A DNA stretch of 64,000 bases from Tricharina praecox (taxonomy: Eukaryota): contig NW_026250411.1 of the NCBI RefSeq assembly GCF_024521635.1, positions 372,001 to 436,000 on the forward strand, written 5' to 3'. Under the pieces are notes generated by a model. That model did not search any database. It was given only the letters and a program-made list of their open reading frames with translations, and was not told where the DNA came from. Numbering within the stretch: position 1 is the first letter of the stretch; each line of letters opens with the position of its first letter. Position numbers and translations under genes: made by a program. Positions 39,150-48,086 of this stretch are shown piece after piece.

Positions 39150-39590
39150 CTCTCATTATCGTCAGTCCTCTATCCAAATTCCAAGGGTTCAATTAGATGA
39201 TGCAGGTGGAGAATTCCGTGTTACTATATGTAGTAGCCTGTACTAGTAGCCTGATAGTACTCTACTATATACTCAGCCTCGCGGTGATGAGGCATCATGA
39301 TACCTCACCTATGTACCTCACCGTGGTTCCCGTGCAGTGCAGTAGGAGTAGCGAAGAACAGTCGTGTAAGCTAGAGCCTACGATCGGTACCCGATTGCTA
39401 TTATTGCTTCATTCACTCGGGAGTCGGGAGTGGGGTCTTCAGGCGCAGGCCAGGCACTGGAAGGAAAGAAGGAAAGGAAGTGGCATAAATCCGACGTCGC
39501 TATCACCGTCCATACCGATTCTCATCATCATCCTCATCCACATCCACGTCCTCCACACATCCACACAAACAACCACCTTACCCCCCTCCG
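39150..39590 (+). pseudogene. CBM14 unit F: upstream region, promoter and 5' leader retained, coding sequence absent
   Basis: All conserved unit blocks are present (GGAGAATTCCGTG, TACTCAGCCTCGCGG, CGGTACCCGATTGCTATTATTGCTTC, CATAAA, CATCCAC leader, CAAACAACCACCTT), but no ATGCARTTCACC follows. Confidence 0.8.
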
Positions 39591-40024
39591 CCACTTCAAG
39601 AACAGCTCAGATCATCCCATTAAGTCCCGTGGTACCCAACCTTGTGATCAGTAATCACCCATCCTTATGGTACCAGAGTCAGCAGCCATCCACGGATCCG
39701 GAAGGGTCACACCAGGCCACAACCATTGCAAGGTCCCGGTGCTGATAGGATATATCTGACGATTACGATGTCGTGTCACTATTCCCACAAATATTGGTAC
39801 CGTACCGTATGAACTCTATTCCGCTGGTGTGTTAGGTACACAGTCAAAAATCCCATTGCGTGGTAGGTAGTAGTTACAGTGTACACTGCATAAAGAATAA
39901 TTATCGCTCTATAGTAGAAATAAAGTCTATGCCAACCAAATAGATAAAAACTCACGGGCACCAAAACCCCCCAGTGATCCACGAGCGTACCAGCCTCGTA
40001 TCGCGATAAACGATAAACGATAAA

Positions 40025-41120
40025 CTACTTCTTCTCGCCCAACTCCACGTCCGCCTCGCCCACAGGCACAGCCTGATACCCCCCTGCGCGCTGCACCTCC
40101 TTCGTCTCCCTCAGCCTATCCTTCCCGATGCCATAGATGGTGCTGCCACCCAGTATACAAGCCATACTCCAGACGCGGCCGGCGGTGACACTCTCGCCGA
40201 GGATCATTACGGCCAGGGCGCTCTGCGCGACGCCGCGGGCGGCGGTGACGATCATGTGCGTAGTCGGACTGGTGACTGAGATCTGGAGGAACGTCGCGAG
40301 GGTCAACAGGAACGAGGCGAAGCCGGTCATGATAGCTGCACGCACGAACTGCGAGAAGACCAGCGGGGTGGTGGCGGCGAGCAGCGTCGTCTCGCCGGAG
40401 ATCGTCAGGATCGGGACGTACAGCACCAGCTGCATCACGGACGACATCCACACCAGCTGCCACATCCCCTCGTCACCCTTGCCCAGGAACTTCTTGACCA
40501 CGACGGATTCCACGGCGGTCGTGAAGGAGCTCCCGACGCCAAGGAACAGGCCCTTGTACGAGGTCAACATCTTTTGGATGTCCGTTACCATGCCGGTGCC
40601 GAAGCCGAGCATGATGACGCCGCAGCCGAAGAGGGAGAGCGGCGGGTTGGTGGGGCGCGGACGCAGGATCACGTAGGAGAGGAGCAGCGTGAATGGGAGG
40701 AGCAGGCCCCGCGCGATCTGGTAGAATGATGCATTGACGGCTGCGAGGCAGAGGGTTTTGGCGAGGATTCCGACTAGACGCGCGCAGCAGAGCGGGAAGA
40801 TGGCTTTCCATGCCTAAGATGGCGTGTTAGCACGAGGATAGCCAAGGGGCTAGGTGTGGGGGTGGGGTTACAGAAAGCGGTCTCCTGAAGCGGATCCAGC
40901 CCAATGGCCTGCCAATGGCGGTCAGGAGGAGGACTTGGACGGTTGTTTGCAGCGCCAGCAGTGACACCGGAAGCTCAACGCCGTTCAACGCGGACTTGGA
41001 GATGAGAGTGACACTGATTGCGCATGTCGAGTGGAACAGGACGGTTGCAGCGACCTTTAACCTCGAGGGCGGCGGCGGCGGTGCTCGCTGTAGCGTCTGT
41101 TGCACACCGGACTGTGACAT
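40025..41120 (-). CDS. Nucleotide-sugar transporter (DMT/TPT superfamily; GDP-fucose-transporter-like), one intron at about 40815-40870
   Basis: Multiple hydrophobic helices. ISVTLISKSALN, SFYQIARGLLLPFT, LQISVTSPTTHMIVTAARGVAQS. The intron (GTAACC...GCTAAC...TAG) joins ORF 40827-41120 to the frame of 40025-40672. Confidence 0.85.
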
Positions 41121-41135
41121 TTCGCTAGCTGGAGC

Positions 41136-41242
41136 GTAGGATGCTAACGAGCGTCGATGATGGTAGGAGGCTAACGAGCGACGATGATGGTAGGAGGCTA
41201 ACGAGCGACGATGATGGTAGGAGGCTAACGAGCGACGATGAC
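41136..41242. repeat. 27-bp tandem repeat, about 4 copies (GTAGGAGGCTAACGAGCGACGATGATG)
   Basis: Directly readable, immediately upstream of the transporter ATG. Confidence 0.9.
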
Positions 41243-41954
41243 AGGATGCTGTAGGTAGTATATCGAGACTGTCCGGTGGAGAGTTGACAGGTGTAGTTGT
41301 TGAAGATCTGAGGACCTTCGTTCGGTCAGTCCAAGATTCAGGAGTTTAACCCCTGCAAGGGCCGACAGGATTTATTTTAATGGATGCAGCGTGTCGTGTT
41401 CGGGAGCTGCCGATCCCGATTAATATTCCCCTGTGGTGTGCCGTGTCGGCAAGGTGAAACTGGAGATGCCAGCCATATGTGCGACCACAGCGACCACAGT
41501 GGCCAGAGGCCAGAGTGCTCAAGGGGAGTCTAGTCCGCAGAGTTCAACGAGCGAAGAAAAAAAAGACATTCTTTTCTGATGAAGGTTATTCGCAAGCGAA
41601 ACTGTATAGGTAGATGCCACATCTCCCCTTTCCGTCGACGGCGATGACTTTCTCACTGGACACCGATAGGGCGTGCAGGAACTCGTCGAGAACGCGCCGC
41701 CCTCGTGAGCCCGGACCACGGCAAGCCATCCCTTCGTTGGTCCCTGAACCAGGCTCCTGTCTTGGCGGCCGTGCACGTGAATGGTTCGGTAAAGTCAGGT
41801 GACATAGCGTCATCCCGCACAGCGTGTCGTTCGCACCGCGATCGGTTGGGATACGGTCCTGCGTTGAAAACGCTAGTGCACATTAACCACGAACTGGCAT
41901 TGGCACTGTCACACCTTCACTCTCATGGCAGCTGCGACACCATCGCTTGGCGCG

Positions 41955-42625
41955 CTGTGTGAACTGGAAACAACCTATGTACTATAGGCGGCGATATCGC
42001 CATCACTCGGTTTTCTCGGTGAACTGGAAATAGAAGTATGTAGGCAACAGCATCACCCACTGCGCTCAGTATCTGGAAACAAAAGTATGTAGGCAACAGC
42101 ATCACCCACTGCGCTCAGTATCTGGAAACAAAAGTATGTAGGCAGCAGCATCACCCACTGCGCTCAGTATCTGGAAACAAAAGTATGTAGGCAACAGCAT
42201 CACCCACTGCGCTCAGTATCTGGAAATAAAAGTATGTAGGCAACATCATCGCCTCGAACTGTAAATAAAAGTATGTAGGTGGCAGCATCACCCAGTGCGC
42301 TCAGTGAACTGGAGTAAAAGTATATGGGCGACAGCATCACCTAGTGCACTCGACAGCATCTGCGCTCAGTGAACTGGAATAAAAGTATATAGGCAACATC
42401 ATCACCTGGCGCGCTCAGAAACATCACCTAGGCTCTCAGTGAGCTGGAATAAAAGTATAGGCGACATCATCAACTGGCGCGCTCAGAAGCATCACCCAGG
42501 CGCTCAGTGATCTGGAATAAAAGTTTGTAGGCGACAGCATCACCCGCGCTCAGCAGCATCACCCAGTGCACTCGGTGAACTGGAATAAAAGTTTGTAGGC
42601 AACAGCATCACCCGGCGCGCTCAGT
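41955..42625. repeat. Modular minisatellite, 49-bp core unit, about 12 units
   Basis: Period 49 at 42041, 42090, 42139 and 42188 (TAGGCAACAGCATCACCCACTGCGCTCAGTATCTGGAAACAAAAGTATG), with degenerate units on both sides. Confidence 0.95.
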
Positions 42626-42857
42626 AAAATGTCGCGACAGGAAATAAGAGACAAAACACTCTCGGTAAATACATCTATTACAATTCCTCCGCTTGTTCAT
42701 TTTGTGAGGGTGGAGTCAATTGTGTCAAGTGTCCCCATTTCTGTAGAATCTCAACCCGCGGTGGCGACCCAAAAACCATTCCCCAGCGGAGTACTTTCTT
42801 TGAATCGAGGACAGAGAAATCTTCCTGAACGATGGTATTCGCGGTGAGTCGGCAAAG

Positions 42858-42927
42858 ACACTGTGGTACCGATCCGCGGCGACAAAACTGTGGTATCCGC
42901 GAGGCGAAACTGTGGTATCCACGGCGA
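42858..42927. repeat. Short degenerate tandem repeat (ACTGTGGTA(T/C)C, 3 copies)
   Basis: Directly readable. Confidence 0.7.
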
Positions 42928-43900
42928 GGAAATTACAAAAGAGCAGGAGCTGTCAGTCGGACAGTGAAGGACAGTGAACTTACCAGCGGATGATTCGTTG
43001 CGGACACAGTGTGCTGTCCGCGTCGCGGAAGGTGTGTATGTGGTGAATGTTTGGTGACGGTAACGCGTCTGCAGAAGGATGCCCCCCTGAACGGATATCC
43101 CCTGAGCACTGTGGCGCTGTATTTTTATTTTTATTTTATTTTTTATTTACTGGGCCCAAAAGAGTTGAGCGGTTTCAACGCAGGACCTACTCCCGATCGG
43201 TTTCGCTGAAAGAGCAGTTGAAGGGAGATGAGAGGAAAGGTGTCGGGGGGGCGGGTAACTACTGCCACGGTCTGGTGGGTCGTGTAAATATGTACCTATG
43301 TAGGTGCATCAGACGCTAATTCAGTGGTAGTTCGACTCGGCTTGAACGACAACAACTTTTGCATTCCCGCTCACTCGGAAATGGGCAAGCCAGCGAAGAT
43401 CAGACGTATTAGAGTTTAAAGATCAAGAAACGATGAGTGGGATCTATTCTAGATGACGAAGAAGGGAACACCTAGCTTATTCCTCCCAAAGTCTAACGGC
43501 GAATTGATCTTATGCTTCCAAGCGGCGATCTATCATACCTGTGAAGCGGGACGCTGAAGGACATGCAGGTGAACACCGACCACGACTGCGATATCGGCAC
43601 CTTTCAAGATGTACCTCGACATGCATGGCTCACGCTCCACCTTCATCATCATATGCAGCATAAACTTTCACGATCGTAATCAAAAGTCATCACGCTCGAC
43701 AATTAAATCCATTGAGTACGTACGGATCGAGTATGTACGGATCGATATGTACATGCACAAAACGCCTTCTAACCAACAGAAATGCTTTGTGTCTCCCTCA
43801 TGGCTTAGCAGATGACTTAGGTCTGTCGCCCACCTTGTTGGTCTTCCCCCAGTTGTGAGAGGACCTCCTGTATGCGTCCTCCTCGTCAGTCCAGTCCAAC

Positions 43901-44389
43901 TCAGATCTCAGATGCACCGGGGGGAAGAGGATACCTGCGACTGAACTTCTTCTCCAACCAGCTACCCTTCTTGACCTGGACCTCCTCCTCCTTCTCGGTC
44001 TTCTTGGGGACGGGCGGGAAGGTACGGTATCCGCCCTCGGTCGGGCCGGCGGGGAAGTTCTTCACCGCCTCCTCGGGGATCATGCTGGTGGTGCGGGTGG
44101 TCCACGAGGCGTTGAGCTCTCTAAACGCCTTGATGCGGGACTGCTCCGACATGACGGTCGAGGGGCCGCCGCCGAGACACTTTGGGCCCGGGGCGGAGAG
44201 GTCGAAGTCATAGTGCTCTTCTTCGTCGTCCGCGGGGGAGGAGACGCGGGATGCGGAGCTGGCCGGCGGCGGCGGCGGCGGCGACAGCTGCGGAAGCTGC
44301 GTCTTCTGGTGGTGGATGCTCTCCACAGGTGTGATGATCGACAGGCCCGTGCCCGAGTCGTTCTGGTGAGGAGATGGACGCCACGACAT
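43901..44389 (-). CDS. Hypothetical intronless protein (162 aa)
   Basis: Gene-like GC-rich codon usage and aagATGt start context. No recognisable family. Confidence 0.6.
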   Translation of the reverse strand: MSWRPSPHQNDSGTGLSIITPVESIHHQKTQLPQLSPPPPPPASSASRVSSPADDEEEHYDFDLSAPGPKCLGGGPSTVMSEQSRIKAFRELNASWTTRTTSMIPEEAVKNFPAGPTEGGYRTFPPVPKKTEKEEEVQVKKGSWLEKKFSRRYPLPPGASEI

Positions 44390-45746
44390 CTTGGTTGCTG
44401 GTTGACTGGTTGCGGTGAGGTGTCTGGGGCCCAGGTGGTGCTCGGGTTGGAGCGGGGTTGTAAGTTGTATGTGTGCGGGGGATAAGACCTTGAATCGGGT
44501 TGAGAGATCGAGAGGCTTCTATCCCAAAGTGTCTTCGGGCGGGGGCAGAACTGAGTTTGAGGGAACGCTGCTTATCGCACGACGTGGGCCACACGGCACG
44601 TTGTCGGTTCGTAGGAGTCGTTTTTATGTTGCATACAGGGTGGGTTGTTTATCAAATAGTTGACTGGTGAAACCAATCGAAGCTCGGAACGAGGGAGGGG
44701 TCGGGTTTTTGTACAGGTTGGAGATAGACTTCGACAGCGCAAGTGCAGCGCAGTCACACATTGTGGGGGTGGATGTGACCGAGGGCTTTGAACTTGGCCC
44801 GTGCACCACCTCCCACCACTGAGGTATTGGGGAGCAAACATGATGCGCGTGATTCGCCTTTTCGGTATGCACGAGCTGGAACTTTAAGATAGACAACTAT
44901 ACACGATTTCACATCCAGCATGCGACACCAGCTGGACATCTACACCAGCACGAATACCGACCCGTCACGGACTAGCTGGTAATCCACGCAGCTCGGCGAG
45001 TTGAAGAAGGGAAAGCTAAGGCGCAAAGGGTGTAGGATTAGGTTGTTTGTGACCGCCGTGGAATCTATGACATACTCAATAGGGACGAAGGTTTACAGTT
45101 TTTTCTCTCAAAGTATTACACTCTAACCTAACTCCACCACTCCTGCCTACTCTACCACTCTGTCATTCTCGTCAAAGCTTCGCTACCAGAGTCTTTCCTG
45201 ACGGACGTTTTACCACTCCCACCAGCAGAGTTCGAGTTTGTACCAGATGACGGCTTTTTGGTTTTCGTGACGGCTTTTTGGTTCTCATGACAGCGAGGGC
45301 TGCGCAATCCTCTTTGGAGTCCGTGGTGATGTAACGGACAGGAAGCTGCCCCCGATCTTGCATGTGGATGACGTCGAATTATGACATTTTGCTCTTGCTC
45401 TCGGTACATGGACCATGGTCTCGCTGGTGCAGTGAAGCGGTGCCGGCTCTGGTGGCTGGCGCGGTCACCTTATATGCGCGGACCCCGCCTGGACTAGTGT
45501 TTACGTTCCTGGACGATCCTTCGCAGAATCTATGATGAGGGATTATTGTGTTTGTCTGGGAAAGAGATATAGTACATACACTGAACAACTTCTGGAGAGC
45601 AGATATGACACCATGTGAGTGCGCGAACTATATGGAGATGTGACGATACTAAGGAAACGCAGACCTAAACAAGCCCCAGAAACGACCGTGTGGACGAAAC
45701 TGTCCTCAGGAAACGCACGGGCGTCCCACCGGCTACAGCTATCTGT

Positions 45747-46220
45747 CTACCTATACCTCTCTCTCTCTCTCCTGCGCTCGATCCTATCACACAGTGCATC
45801 GAGCGTAGTCTGGAGGTGAGCCCTCTCACCCCTCAACCTATCATTCTCAACCTTCAAGATTTCATTCTCCTCCCTGAGGCGATCGATCTCCCTTCGCTGC
45901 GCGCGCTCCCTCTCCTCGAGCCTATGCATCCTGTTCTCCCCGCGGGATTGCTCCCGCTCCCGTTCCTGTTCCGCATTGCGCCGCTTCCGCTCCCGCTCCT
46001 TCTCGGCATTGCGCCGCTCGATCTCGCGCCGCGCTTGCATGTCCTCCTCGACTATCGCCCGCGTGTTGATGTCGATGCGCTGCTCCTCGGGCGGCGGCGG
46101 CGGCAGCTGCGGCGTGCTGCTCCAGAACCGCCGTGGAACGGGTGATAGCGCCCGCACTGCTGCTGCTGGTGGCGGCGGCGTGCTGTCGTGGTAGCGGTAT
46201 CGGTAGTATGGTGATGACAT
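45747..46220 (-). CDS. Hypothetical Pro-rich / coiled-coil protein (157 aa), leucine-zipper-like C-terminus
   Basis: Heptad-like pattern MHRLEERERAQRREIDRLREENEILKVENDRLRGERAHL. Confidence 0.65.
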   Translation of the reverse strand: MSSPYYRYRYHDSTPPPPAAAVRALSPVPRRFWSSTPQLPPPPPEEQRIDINTRAIVEEDMQARREIERRNAEKERERKRRNAEQEREREQSRGENRMHRLEERERAQRREIDRLREENEILKVENDRLRGERAHLQTTLDALCDRIERRRERERYR

Positions 46221-46707
46221 CGTGGGGAGATGTTGCTGATTCGATTCGACCGAGGTGTGAATGCTGTCAAAAATAACTGCGGCAGGGTGATGGGTTGTGA
46301 AGCGACGTTGGGTGCAGACGTTAACTACCGTTCGACGGATTAACTATGGTCCTTAAATGCGGTTCGCCCGCACCTAGGCCCGTCGGTACACAGCGGCAAA
46401 TATCGGCATGCAGATAGCCGTGGGAAATACGTGTTTCGTTTCCCACTGGTCGGGCCGGTGATCTTGGTCATCGTTGTGGCGGAGTTGAAATTTTTACATG
46501 CAAACGGTGGGGGGAATGAAGTCATCTTCCCGTTTGGTGTGGATGTGGCCTCTGGGGTTTGATAGGTACTTGGCTACCTATTCACAGTTGTACTAGTAGG
46601 TACAAAGCGTGCACGAGCGAGTGATATGTACCACAAGACTTTCCATGAATTCCTCTACACCTCCCACCCCCTCCCACGCTACTCCCCCCATCTCACCAGC
46701 TACTCCC

Positions 46708-47142
46708 CTACTCCCCCCTCCACCTCCGAAAGTTCCCCCCGCACCTCGCCAGCTCCTCCCTACACTTCCCAAAATCGTGTTCGATAACGATCCGCTCAGC
46801 CCTGAGCCTCTGCACCTCATCATCGAGCGCCCTCTTCTGCTGCAGCAGTCGCTCGACCTTCTCCTCGAGCCCGTGGATCACCTCCTCCCTTCTCGATCTG
46901 TGGGTGTGGGTGTGGGTGTGGGTGTGGTGACGGGGCGGAAGATGTGGTGGATGTGGTGGATGTGATGGTTGCGGATGTGGAGGTGGAGGAGGTGGTGGCG
47001 GTGGGGATGACGGCCGGTAGCTGCTGTACATGCCCCCCGGCGGCGGAAGGTGGATCCGCAGTGTGTTCACGTTGTCGCTGCTGGAGGAGCTGCTGCCCCG
47101 TCGGCGGGTGGTGAGGTACGGCGTGTGGTGGTAGTAGGACAT
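46708..47142 (-). CDS. Hypothetical Pro/His-rich protein (144 aa) with leucine-zipper-like C-terminus
   Basis: IHGLEEKVERLLQQKRALDDEVQRLRAER heptads. TATAAA about 85 nt upstream (near 47227). Confidence 0.65.
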   Translation of the reverse strand: MSYYHHTPYLTTRRRGSSSSSSDNVNTLRIHLPPPGGMYSSYRPSSPPPPPPPPPHPQPSHPPHPPHLPPRHHTHTHTHTHRSRREEVIHGLEEKVERLLQQKRALDDEVQRLRAERIVIEHDFGKCREELARCGGNFRRWRGE

Positions 47143-48041
47143 GATACTGTGGCTTGGGAATGTGTTTATGGAGGATGTGGGCTGTGGCGATGGTGGGGAG
47201 GGTGGGGTGGGGGGGCATGGATGGATTTATAAACCGTCTCTTGACCTGCTTGCTACCAGGGGACCGCAGCATGGAGCTCTGCAAACGACGACGGTTCAGA
47301 ACAATAGGAGATCTTCCCTGGGATCCGGGCGGGAGGATCGGTGCGTGGCGTTTCGACGACCCACAGACGGGCGAGAGTGTGGCTGTGGTTGAGCCAGCAC
47401 GTAGGATGGAGATCGTGGCCTGCTCCTTCCCATGAACCCGTGAAGGGATTGGTCACTGGCTATGACTCGTGGTGCAGCGGCGCCTCTTTACCGCTCCGAA
47501 AGCACGTGTTGTCTGCCGTCTACCGCCTCCCGCGCTGTGTAGTCGTGTGGCGTTGACAATAATCCAGGTAGCTCCTCTCCCATGATCCATCACTATAACC
47601 ACCCTCGAACGAGTGAGTTGCACACCGATTTCGATCCACGCCTACTTTCCCAATCACTTCCATTCCATTCTTACTGTCTCCCAACATCAGCCATAGGATC
47701 AGCCGCCCAGCAAAAAACGATGAAGCATGACTTGGTACTCCTCTCATCTCCCCCCAGTTCCCCACGCCGCCTCGCTGCAGTAGGTACAGTAAACATAGAA
47801 AAATTCCCCCAAAGAAAAACGATAACTCCCTCCTCCTCCTCCAACATGAATGATACAGTCGAAAATAAAAAGAGAAGAAAATAAATTAAAGAAATAAAAA
47901 AAGAAAACTATATAATAAAAAGGGTATCTGCGCCGAAACTACCAAAAACGAGTGTCCCCAGCCCTGCCATCATAAGAGTAGTAGCTTCAAAGTTCAAAGC
48001 GACCGGACGGATATATGTACACAATCATACAGCACCCCCTC

Positions 48042-48079
<38 letters not shown>

Positions 48080-48086
48080 CACACGA

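Noticed and set aside
39197..39745. 182-aa ORF over unit F, and similar ORFs 34830-35039, 31796-31987 and 36454-36747
   Set aside because: They are translations of the repeated promoter sequence. The frame is not conserved between units.
28472..41120. MFS transporter + CBM14 array + nucleotide-sugar transporter as one functional gene cluster
   Set aside because: No biosynthetic enzyme and no shared promoter element seen. Adjacency alone is not evidence.
41955..42625. CRISPR-like appearance of the 49-bp array
   Set aside because: There are no unique spacers, because the inter-repeat sequence is itself repeated. No cas genes, and the context is eukaryotic.
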